Source: Phaeosaccion multiseriatum
Taxonomy: Eukaryota > Protista > Ochrophyta, other classes
Direction: 5' to 3'
Length of the DNA stretch: 64,000 nucleotides
NCBI GenBank assembly: GCA_965112735.1
Contig: OZ218953.1
Location: forward strand, 4,588,001-4,652,000
The notes under the pieces were generated by a model that saw nothing but the letters and a program-made list of their open reading frames with translations, did not search any database and was not told the DNA's origin. Made by a program: the position numbers and the translations under genes. Shown in pieces: positions 39,501 through 50,141 of this stretch (the stretch's first letter is position 1; each line of letters begins with the position of its first letter).

Positions 39501-42500
39501 ATGAAGTTCATGGTCTCGGCCAAAGGAAAGTCGGGGCCAGAGCTGCTTCCCCTTCTCGAGGCACGCATCAAGAACAGCGAGGAGCAGGAGGTGCAGCATG
39601 CGAGGGAGGCCCTTAGGGAGATCACAGTCAAGAGGCTGACCTCAAAGCCGCCCGACTGCGCAAGGGTCAGGATGGAGGCTCTCTTGGCCAAGCATGGAGT
39701 TGCTGGTGCGTCCATTGCCCTGGTGTCTAGCTCCTCTTCCTCCTCCTCCTCCCCCTCCTCCCTCTCCTCGGCCGCCGCCACCAAGACCCATCAGCAGCAG
39801 CACATTGTGCTGGGTCTACGGGACAAGGCCTCGGATGAGCCCGTCACAGCGGATACGTGCTTTGAAGTGGCGTCTCTGAGCAAGTCCGTGGGCACGGCGT
39901 TTAGCATGGAGTACTTTCGGTCGCGAGGCGTCTCCATCTTTGACACCCCTGCCAACGCATTGCTCAAGAAGGGGGGCTCCTCCTTCCGCCTGAGTGGGCC
40001 GTACGCAGAGGAAGTGATGCTGGTACACCTCATGTCACACTCGGCACTCAACCTGCACTACGTGAACGGAGTGCCGCTGGATAGGGAGGATGCGAATGGA
40101 GGCTTGCCCGACATTCGACTACTCATCGAGGGGTGCTCTGATCCCGTTTCGTACACGCCCATCGAAGGTGAGAGAGAGATGGAGAGAGAGAGGCACGGCA
40201 TATCATCAATGAGAGAGAGAGGCACGGCATATCATCAATGAGAGAGAGAGGCACGACGTGTCACCATTGTGGTGCTTGAGTCCCCTTCCTCACTTCCTTC
40301 TTGTGGCCTGTCTGCCTTTCACCATCTCTCCCTTCTGTCTCTATCCCCATCTCTCTCTCCCTTTCCTCTCTCTCTCTCTCTGTACCCCCCCTCTCTCTCG
40401 TCTCTCCCCCCTCACTCGCCCTCTCTCGTGTAGTGCTCGGCCCGCCCGGTGAGGTGTTCCGCTACAGCGGGGGAGGCTTCCTCGTGCTACAACACATCAT
40501 CGAGAGCCTGGAGGGCGGCAAGAGGAGCATCGCTTCCATCTCACAGCCCTTCATTGACAGCCTTTTCGGCACTGCTGTATCACCAACTGCTGCTGCTTCT
40601 GGTGCTACTACTGGTGGTCCCGATCCGGAAGTAGCCTCGTCCTCCCTCTTCACCTTCGACCCCAACCCCAACCCCAGCAGCAATTTCAAGGTGGCTTGCG
40701 GCTACGACAGCGAAGGCGCAGTCATCCCGGGCACGCGCCTCGTCTTCCCAGCGTTTGCTGCAGGAGCGTTGGCGACTCCGGCGGCCATCCTGCACTTCTT
40801 GCAGACCCTCAGCGCGGCCTACGCAGACCCGAGAGGAGGGGGAGGAGCGGGGGCACTCGCAGGCCCTATTTCGCACGACACGGCTGTACTCATGCTGCAC
40901 GGGACGGACAAGGGGTGCCTCGACTTTATGGGTTGTAAGATGGGGGTGGGTATCTTCACGGCAGAGGCGGGTGGGAATCGCTTTGCCGTCCACCAGGGGG
41001 CGAACGACGGTTTCCGCGCGCTCTTTTTGCACTGCTACAAGGGCCCTGACGTGGGGACGGGTGTTGTGGTGTGCGCCAATGGAGGCAACAAGGCCGTGGG
41101 CTTCATCAGTGAAGCGGTGCAGGAGGTGCTAAAAGTGCTCAAGGTTACGGGTGTGGACTGCCATCTCTTCGACCGCCCACCGCCTTCCCTCCAGCAGGGG
41201 GGTGCCAAGACGGTTGTCAAACAGGAGGACCTTGTCAATTTGGGCTATAAGCAAGCCCTCTTTTCGGCCTTCAGGCCCGACCTGCCCGCGAGAATCGAGG
41301 ACGTCGACCCCGAGGCCTCAACGGGTGCCAACGACCCGCGTTGGGAGTACAACGGAGCCCGAGACGCGAAGGTGGTGTGTGTCACCAACCAGGCCTTTGC
41401 ACGGGCGGACAACCTTTGCTCGGCGCGCTTACCACTCTTCGACCCGGCGTTGTTTGGCCCTCAGGGCAAGGTGATGGACAGTTGGGAGACCACCCGACAC
41501 AACCCGGCCGTGTGCGATGAGCTTGTGCTGGCCCTGAAGGAGAGCATGGCAGTGAGCTTTGTCATGCTCTCTACCAAGTACCACACCGGAAACAACTTCA
41601 AAGAGGTAGAGGTGTTGGGTTTCCAATCCGAGGCGGCGGCGGTGGCAGCGATGCTGACCAAGAGCGGCGCTTCCTCTGCTTCTGCTTTGGGTGCTGTGGA
41701 GGGGGAGGGAGTGGGAGGAGGAGCGGTGCTGCTGCTGCCCAGGCACATGCTGAAGGGCCACTCGGAGCTCCGGGTGACTGTGGACCCCTCCACCTCCACC
41801 AAACCTGTGTCGCACATTCTCGTGCGCGCCTTCCCAGACGGGGGGCTGACTCGACTCGGCCTCTTCGACCGGAGCCTGCCCCAGGCGTTTCTCGAGGGCT
41901 TTGCTCCTGCTGCAGAGGCCGTGCCCATCCCCTGCTCGGACCCCGTACCTGCGCCGCTCAAGCCCCTCGCGATGGAGTACAACACCCCCAGCGAGGAGGA
42001 CATTGCTGCCAATCTGGCGACGATTCAGGTCGGGGAGGAGTACAACGTGGCAGGAAGGGCCTTTGGAGGGCGCTTCGTGTCGGCCACCAACGAGCATTAC
42101 GGGCCTGCCAGTGCTGCCCTGAGCCCCTACCCTCCCCTCGACATGTTTGACGGTTTCGAGTCGGCCAGGAGCCACAACCGAGAGAACGAGGAGTGCATCA
42201 TCGTGGCGCTTGCCAAGCCCTGCCTTCTCCATCGCATCGAGCTCGACTTTACCTTTTTTGTCAACAACGCTCCTCTGGAAGTCGCCATCTGGGGCATTGA
42301 CGCAAGCAGTATGAGCGGCAGTACGAATGGCGGTGGCGGTGGCGGTGACTTGCCCTGGAGTGAGGCAGCGCAGATGGTGGGTCGAACGTGTGTCAAGGCC
42401 TTCGCGGCCAATGTCAAGACCTTCGAGTTCCGCGGCGAGCAGCAGCAGAAGGTGACGGTGGATCACCTCAAGATCTCGCTGTACCCTGACGGAGGAGTCA

Positions 42501-42532
42501 ACCGCATACGGGCCTTCACCATGAAGGAGTAA
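35397..42532 (+). CDS. Five-domain purine-catabolism fusion protein: uricase + malate synthase-like + OHCU decarboxylase + beta-lactamase-fold serine hydrolase + allantoicase (~2052 aa)
   Basis: Exons 35397-35427, 35512-35634, 35779-37651, 37730-38391, 38797-40167, 40434-42532; all GT-AG and phase-compatible; total 6159 nt = 2053 codons with no internal stop. Splicing restores conserved motifs across junctions (HGK|GRVRV, GDNTK|IVATDTQKN, GASLG|WHDY). Confidence 0.9.
36730..39150 (+). other. Divergent malate synthase-like TIM-barrel domain of the fusion
   Basis: TVFGP, ADLEDS, VVRLPG, FYLPKLENEEEA, CVIES, GASLGWHDYLAS, VGGMYG, GFWVA, NISHCLVYLNEWLQGSG, DDLATVERSRWSLW parallel malate synthase A motifs (DFEDS, YLPKLE, LIET, GRWDY, GGM, GTWVAHP, EDAATAEISR). 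Confidence 0.85.
39215..39640 (+). other. OHCU decarboxylase domain of the fusion (conserved His read as Asn in this copy)
   Basis: CGCTRFADEV, F(N)GDIG, AREEQAKV, L.ELG..Y..KF...FMVSA.GKS..E.L..LE.RI.N..EQE...A...L..I...RL fit the UraD family. Confidence 0.85.
39660..41140 (+). other. Beta-lactamase / serine hydrolase (class C, AmpC-like fold) domain of the fusion
   Basis: HGVAGASIALV, PVTADTCFEVASLSK (SxxK at 39873-39884), LMSHSAL, PPGEVFRYSGGGF, AAGALATP, HQGANDGF, GVVVCAN. Confidence 0.88.
41350..42529 (+). other. Allantoicase domain (two repeats) of the fusion
   Basis: TNQAFARADNL, GKVMDSWETTRHNP, TKYHTGN, FPDGGLTRL; second repeat GGRFVSATNEHYG, MFDGFESAR, FFVNNAP, LYPDGGVNRIRAF. Confidence 0.92.
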
Positions 42533-42792
42533 ATAGTGTGTATTGCATTGCTCTTTACATTAGTATATACATATTTACAAGTCCAAAGTGACACGCGACA
42601 GGGTGGTTTTCGCTTGCCATTGCCACACATATCCCTCTCTTTGCTCGCGGTTGCTTGTGCTGTGCTGACGCCCCCTTCAGTCACCCCTCAATCGAGCTGC
42701 TGGGCGTAAAGCACAAGAGGCAAAAGAAAGAGTTGTATGGTGTGAGGCTGAGCGCCTCTGCTCTGGGCCTTCACATGACTCAGGAGATGTGA

Positions 42793-43039
42793 CTAGCTGC
42801 CTCTGTAGGTGGAGTATCCAAACGGGTTCAGCAGCAAGGGCACATGGTAGTGCTCCGTGTCTGTGGTCTGGAACACGATTGACACCTCAGGATAGAAGCA
42901 CGCCGTACTGAGGCTCTCTTACATGTTGTAGCCGCCGGTATCGAAGTGCAGGCGATACACGCCTTGAGAAGGCACAGAGGAACGCACAGCAGGGAGCCGA
43001 GTAGCAGCAGCAGAACCAGAGCATCAGCACCACCACCAT

Positions 43040-43073
<34 letters not shown>

Positions 43074-43567
43074 GTACTCTCAGCGATGGTCAGTAAATGG
43101 CAAATTCCTGTCGCTCTTTTTTTCTTCTTCTATGCAGCAGGATACCACAACAAGGCCCAATCAATCCCGACCCCCCCTGCTGCTGGTCGTAAGTCTTCCT
43201 AAACTTTCCTCCCAGGTTCTCTCACCCGGCTCTAGAAGGACGTCGCTCTTCAGCAGATCCTTCACCCGCCCATCGTTGTCCGTCATCCTTTCGCTCGCCG
43301 CCCATGAGAGAGGAGGGTCGTAGAGAATAAGAAGGATTAGAAGAGCACGGGGGACCCGATCCGGAGCTCACACCCTCAAACAGCATTTGTTCTCTTTCTC
43401 CTCCTTACTCTATCAGATGTTGCTCACCCTCGGCAATGAGGGTCCATTCCTCTGTTGACTCCCCTGGCTGGTGGTCTCGCTCTGCTGCTGGGAGCGTGGG
43501 AGCGAGATCATCCTCACTCCCGCGGTAGGCTTTCCCAAGCTCATGTCCAGGATAGATACGAGAGGTA
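42793..43567 (-). pseudogene. HIU hydrolase pseudogene (copy in duplication unit 1)
   Basis: Retains ...[19 protein letters not shown]. However, the last exon reads GGC TAC AAC ATG TAA, an in-frame stop where the intact copy has GGC TAC TAC GAG. Exon 1 has indels and no matching start codon. Confidence 0.88.
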
Positions 43568-43655
43568 TTGAAATTTGAACCATGTAGTGGATTGCCCTTT
43601 TGGTGCCATCTGTGCTGCAAAAGTAACGACTTTTTACATCACCTCAACTTTTCCT

Positions 43656-44140
43656 CAGCCCCATGCACGCCTCATTTTTGCTCTGGGCCGCTAGGCCGCT
43701 CGGCCTTCGGCCGAAATAGGCCTAGGCCGGCGGCCTCCGGCCGCTCTAGGCCGCTCACTCTTCAGTCCTAGGCGGCCTCTAGGCAGCCTCCCAGTGACCG
43801 TGGGCGCGTGCGTGGTGCCGCCCAGCCAGTGGCTGGGTAGCAGCACACCTGTAAGCCTGCACTTTGCACTTTTTTTGCACTCCTCGTAGGGCCAGCGAGG
43901 CGGAAAGAGACAACTACGCCTCACTTCAAATCCCATGCAATACATTTGCTTAAACTGACTACTCTTTGCACTCTGGGCACTTCCACCGTCCGCCTAGTTG
44001 GCGTCTGCCCTAGGCCGCGGGCCTCCGGCCCGCCTAGGCCGCCTAGGCGGCAGCATATAAATAGGCCGAGGGCCTACGGCCCTCGCTAGGCCGGGCAATT
44101 TTCCCAAATAGGCCTAGGCCGCTAGGCGTGCATGGGGCTG
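43656..44140. mobile_element. Non-autonomous TIR element (485 bp) with perfect 17-bp TIRs and CCTAGGCCG subterminal repeats
   Basis: CAGCCCCATGCACGCCT ... AGGCGTGCATGGGGCTG; many CTAGGC/GCCTAG motifs near both ends; absent from the paralogous spacer in unit 2; no TSD seen. Confidence 0.72.
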
Positions 44141-44850
44141 CGTCAGTCTCCTCCGAGCGAAGCAAAGGGACGCCGTGTATGCTTTCGATTCCTCTGCCTT
44201 ATCTCCTGCGCGCAGATTGACCGCTGAAGACCCACAGCCAGCCGGTGTTTTTGACCCCATAGCACGTGCATAGACTGGCAAGTTCAGATGTTCGGCCTGC
44301 CTACTAAGGAATGTGGGTGGCGAGTGAACATGCTGCTCAGGTTTTTTCCGGCCCTGCGGGGGCCTAGGCGAGTGCTTTCAAATAAACACCTGAGCTGACG
44401 GCCCTAATGCACCATATTACAGTTCCATGACCAAGGGTACCAAGTGGTACCGCGCCGGGTCATTATCATTGATGACCCTCTACCTCGTCACCCCACCAGT
44501 AATTTGCCGTAAGATGGCAATTAACGGCTTCGCCCCCCGGCACGTTCCGTTCCCGCTCAACTCGCATCCTTTCTTCCTTAAACACAGGGCTCATACAGCC
44601 AGCAGATACAAAGGTAGACGGCACACATGATGGGTCTTTACCTTGAGTTCCTTATTTTAATGCGCTCTGTCCACAGGAGCCCTGCTGCTGCTACACATTT
44701 CCGCACAAAACCCAAAGGTCGTCAGCACAACTGCTCACTGTCCTTACCCCCCCCACTCTCCAACTCCGCTCTTCCTTCCTCACAGCGTCCCTACTATTCA
44801 GGGCCAAGCCTTCGTTTGACCAGAAGCTGTTACACTGCTGAGCGGGGGGG

Positions 44851-47800
44851 ATGCCGCCCAATGCGGACGACCGGCAGGATAACGGAGTGGACGAGTGCAG
44901 GCAGCCGGCGAGGCGAGCTTTCAGAGGGTCAATCATACATTCGTTGGGCCTCGATGATCTTGAGATCGTCCCAGATGGGCTTATTATTGTCGATGCGGAT
45001 GGAGTTATTCTGCAGCTGCTGGACCTCAGCAGCGAGGAGAGCACTTTGGCCACTTCTCGCCTCTTCAAGGAGGCCGAACACTGGATCATGCCTTCCAAAA
45101 CAGACCCAGACATAGTGGTCAAGCATATCCGCGCACAACACGTGCTGCTAGGAGACGTGGTGGGGCGGGGCATGGGTGGTGTGAGCGTTGCTGGCATGTA
45201 TGGCGTCGTCCCTGTGAGCGACGACCCCACTTCCGCTTCGTATCAAGTGAGTCTGCGCGGACTGTTCAAGGACGTGATTGCTCAGCTCAGACGCGGTTTG
45301 GTGAGGTTCTGGGTGGCGTATGCGCCCTTCGCCCGCATTGGAACTGAGGTGGTTCGCGTGTGGCTGCTGGCAGAAGGAGGTGGAGGCGGAGGAGGAGGAG
45401 GAGGAGGAGGAGGAGGAGGCATCATGGAGGTGGTAAAGAGGCATCTCACCGTACCAGAGTATGTGGAGCAAGTAGCAGCCTTCCTTGCACAAGGAGACGA
45501 ACAGAGGGAGGCAGCAGCAGCAGCAGCAGCAGCAGACTTGGTGCTTGACGAGAGCCCGAGGCGGCCGCCCAGTGGAGAGGCGCTCGAGTCGCTGCTTCGA
45601 GTCAACATCTCGCACTGCCTGGTCTACCTCAACGAATGGCTACAGGGCAGCGGGAACATCTCGCTGGAGTCCGAGATTGAAGGTGAGAGGAGGGAGAGGA
45701 AGGGTTTTGCTTTTGTTTGGGGAGGGGGGGGGGCGAATGAGTTGTCGAGTTGCGTTGTGGGGCCAAGTACTTTTGGCTTCGTAGTAACGGCACCGCTCAT
45801 GCCCTCCGCCAATGGACCACCGAAGAAGGAATCGCAGCTTAATGCCCTTCATCCTGACCCCGTCAGTATCTTGTTTGCTTGCATACGTTGCTTACTTGCT
45901 TGCTTGGCTGGCTTTGCTTGCTCTGCTTGCTACTTGCTTTGCTTTGCTTTGTGTGCTTGCTTTGCTTGCGTTGCTTGCCCTGCTTATTGCTGACTTGCTT
46001 TGCCCTGCTTTGTCCTGCTTTGCCCTGCTTAACATGGTCTGTTTCCTTGCCTTTGCTTGCTTGTCTCTTGCCACCACTCCAACTCAGGCATTCCGGTGCG
46101 GGTGGTGGACGATCTCGCGACTGTGGAGCGGTCCCGCTGGAGTCTGTGGAGGGAGCTCAAGGCGGGCAGGCTGGGTATGAGCCGCTTCTTGACGGCCACT
46201 TTCGAAGCGGCACATCGCATCTCCAAGGCAAACACCAACACCGTCACCAACAAGCAGAAGCAGCAGCAGCAGCAGCAACAGCAGGGGAGCTCCTCCCCCC
46301 AGTTGGGCTCCCCAAAGTCAACGAAGTGGCAGTCCGTGGCCTTGGCCGTCTTTCTGAAGCTCATGACGGAGCTCGAGTCCCCCGCGGAGTTCGTGCCCGA
46401 GCTGCTCATGCCCTTCACGTCGGCCCTCATTCGGCAGGCTTCGGACCCGCTTGCTGCTATGCAGAGCTGCGGAGGAGACGAGATGCTGGTACTCCGTCCA
46501 CCCCTGAGGCAGTGGTGCTACTACTTTGAGATGTGTGGGTGTACGCGCTTTGCAGATGAGGTGTCACAGAGGGACGTGTTGCTAGATGTACAACACGTCA
46601 AGCAGGTGATAGGGACCTTCAGCAAGGAGGAGGTTATGCAGGCAGCCAGCTTCCATGGAGATATCGGCGGCAGCCCCGTAGGGATGGACAGCATGGCCAG
46701 AGAAGAGCAGGCTAAGGTGCTGAACGGAGAGGAGGGGGTGCGGCAGGCTCTGCGCGAGCTCGGGCAACGGTACCTTGCCAAATTCGACGGGCTGAAGTTC
46801 ATGGTCTCGGCCAAAGGAAAGTCGGGGCCAGAGCTGCTTGCCCTTCTCGAGGCACGCATCAAGAACAGCGAGGAGCAGGAGGTGCAGCATGCGAGGGAGG
46901 CCCTTAGGGAGATCACAGTCAAGAGGCTGACCTCAAAGCCGCCCGACTGCGCAAGGGTCAGGATGGAGGCTCTCTTGGCCAAGCATGGAGTTGCTGGTGC
47001 GTCCATTGCCCTGGTGTCTAGCTCCTCTTCCTCCTCCTCCTCCCCCTCCTCCCTCTCCTCGGCCGCCGCCACCAAGACCCATCAGCAGCAGCACATTGTG
47101 CTGGGTCTACGGGACAAGGCCTCGGATGAGCCCGTCACAGCGGATACGTGCTTTGAAGTGGCGTCTCTGAGCAAGTCCGTGGGCACGGCGTTTAGCATGG
47201 AGTACTTTCGGTCGCGAGGCGTCTCCATCTTTGACACCCCTGCCAACGCATTGCTCAAGAAGGGGGGCTCCTCCTTCCGCCTGAGTGGGCCGTACGCAGA
47301 GGAAGTGATGCTGGTACACCTCATGTCACACTCGGCACTCAACCTGCACTACGTGAACGGAGTGCCGCTGGATAGGGAGGATGCGAATGGAGGCTTGCCC
47401 GACATTCGACTACTCATCGAGGGGTGCTCTGATCCCGTTTCGTACACGCCCATCGAAGGTGAGAGAGAGATGGAGAGAGAGAGGCACGGCTTATCATCAA
47501 TGAGAGAGAGCGAGGCACGGCATATCATCAATGAGAGAGAGAGGCACGGCATATCATCAATGAGAGAGAGAGGCACGGCATATCATCAATGAGAGAGAGA
47601 GGCACGACGTGTCACCATTGTGGTGCTTGAGTCCCCTTCCTCACTTCCTTCTTGTGGCCTGTCTGCCTTTCACCATCTCTCCCTTCTGTCTCTATCCCCA
47701 TCTCTCTCTCCCTTTCCTCTCTCTCTCTCTGTACCCCCCCTCTCTCTCGTCTCTCCCCCCTCACTCGCCCTCTCTCGTGTAGTGCTCGGCCCGCCCGGTG

Positions 47801-49881
47801 AGGTGTTCCGCTACAGCGGGGGAGGCTTCCTCGTGCTACAACACATCATCGAGAGCCTGGAGGGCGGCAAGAGGAGCATCGCTTCCATCTCACAGCCCTT
47901 CATTGACAGCCTTTTCGGCACTGCTGTATCACCAACTGCTGCTGCTTCTGGTGCTACTACTGGTGGTCCCGATCCGGAAGTAGCCTCGTCCTCCCTCTTC
48001 ACCTTCGACCCCAACCCCAACCACAGCAGCAATTTCATGGTGGCTTGCGGCTACGACAGCGAAGGCGCAGTCATCCCGGGCACGCGCCTCGTCTTCCCAG
48101 CGTTTGCTGCAGGAGCGTTGGCGACTCCGGCGGCCATCCTGCACTTCTTGCAGACCCTCAGCGCGGCCTACGCAGACCCGAGAGGAGGGGGAGGAGCGGG
48201 GGCACTCGCAGGCCCTATTTCGCACGACACGGCTGTACTCATGCTGCACGGGACGGACAAGGGGTGCCTCGACTTTATGGGTTGTAAGATGGGGGTGGGT
48301 ATCTTCACGGCAGAGGCGGGTGGGAATCGCTTTGCCGTCCACCAGGGGGCGAACGACGGTTTCCGCGCGCTCTTTTTGCACTGCTACAAGGGCCCTGACG
48401 TGGGGACGGGTGTTGTGGTGTGCGCCAATGGAGGCAACAAGGCCGTGGGCTTCATCAGTGAAGCGGTGCAGGAGGTGCTAAAAGTGCTCAAGGTTACGGG
48501 TGTGGACTGCCATCTCTTCGACCGCCCACCGCCTTCCCTCCAGCAGGGGGGTGCCAAGACGGTTGTCAAACAGGAGGACCTTGTCAATTTGGGCTATAAG
48601 CAAGCCCTCTTTTCGGCCTTCAGGCCCGACCTGCCCGCGAGAATCGAGGACGTCGACCCCGAGGCCTCAACGGGTGCCAACGACCCGCGTTGGGAGTACA
48701 ACGGAGCCCGAGACGCAAAGGTGGTGTGTGTCACCAACCAGGCCTTTGCACGGGCGGACAACCTTTGCTCGGCGCGCTTACCACTCTTCGACCCGGCGCT
48801 GTTTGGCCCTCAGGGCAAGGTGATGGACAGTTGGGAGACCACCCGACACAACCCGGCCGTGTGCGATGAGCTTGTGCTGGCCCTGAAGGAGAGCATGGCA
48901 GTGAGCTTTGTCATGCTCTCTACCAAGTACCACACCGGAAACAACTTCAAAGAGGTAGAGGTGTTGGGTTTCCAATCCGAGGCGGCGGCGGTGGCAGCGA
49001 TGCTGACCAAGAGCGGCGCTTCCTCTGCTTCTGCTTTGGGTGCTGTGGAGGGGGAGGGAGTGGGAGGAGGAGCGGTGCTGCTGCTGCCCAGGCACATGCT
49101 GAAGGGCCACTCGGAGCTCCGGGTGACTGTGGACCCCTCCACCTCCACCAAACCTGTGTCGCACATTCTCGTGCGCGCCTTCCCAGACGGGGGGCTGACT
49201 CGACTCGGCCTCTTCGACCGGAGCCTGCCCCAGGCGTTTCTCGAGGGCTTTGCTCCTGCTGCAGAGGCCGTGCCCATCCCCTGCTCGGACCCCGTACCTG
49301 CGCCGCTCAAGCCCCTCGCGATGGAGTACAACACCCCCAGCGAGGAGGACATTGCTGCCAATCTGGCGACGATTCAGGTCGGGGAGGAGTACAACGTGGC
49401 AGGAAGGGCCTTTGGAGGGCGCTTCGTGTCGGCCACCAACGAGCATTACGGGCCTGCCAGTGCTGCCCTGAGCCCCTACCCTCCCCTCGACATGTTTGAC
49501 GGTTTCGAGTCGGCCAGGAGCCACAACCGAGAGAACGAGGAGTGCATCATCGTGGCGCTTGCCAAGCCCTGCCTTCTCCATCGCATCGAGCTCGACTTTA
49601 CCTTTTTTGTCAACAACGCTCCTCTGGAAGTCGCCATCTGGGGCCTTGACGCAAGCAGTATGAGCGGCAGTACGAATGGCGGTGGCGGTGGCGGTGACTT
49701 GCCCTGGAGTGAGGCAGCGCAGATGGTGGGTCGAACGTGTGTCAAGGCCTTCGCGGCCAATGTCAAGACCTTCGAGTTCCGCGGCGAGCAGCAGCAGAAG
49801 GTGATGGTGGATCACCTCAAGATCTCGCTGTACCCTGACGGAGGAGTCAACCGCATACGGGCCTTCACCATGAAGGAGTAA
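44851..49881 (+). CDS. Chimeric gene: guanine deaminase N-terminal 67 aa fused in frame to the malate synthase C-half + OHCU decarboxylase + beta-lactamase-like domain + allantoicase (~1433 aa)
   Basis: Exons 44851-45682, 46088-47458, 47783-49881 (4302 nt, open). MPPNAD...SSEESTLA matches the protein starting at 51387; TSRLFKEAEHW onward matches the fusion gene. Confidence 0.82.
47474..47607. repeat. ~29-31 bp intronic minisatellite (GAGAGAGAGGCACGGCATATCATCAAT): about 4 units here, about 2 in the paralogous intron (40183-40256)
   Basis: Direct reading of both introns. Confidence 0.8.
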
Positions 49882-50141
49882 ATAGTGTGTATTGCATTGC
49901 TCTTTACATTAGTATATACATATTTACAAGTCCAAAGTGACACGCGACAGGGTGGTTTTCGCTTGCCATTGCCACACATATCCCTCTCTTTGCTCGCGGT
50001 TGCTTGTGCTGTGCTGACGCCCCCTTCAGTCACCCCTCAATCGAGCTGCTGGGCGTAAAGCACAAGAGGCAAAAGAAAGAGTTGTATGGTGTGAGGCTGA
50101 GCGCCTCTGCTCTGGGCCTTCACATGACTCAGGAGATGTGA

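Noticed and set aside
39660-41140. Beta-lactamase domain as an antibiotic-resistance gene or bacterial contamination
   Set aside because: It is interrupted by a spliceosomal intron, has no signal peptide and is embedded in a purine-catabolism polyprotein.
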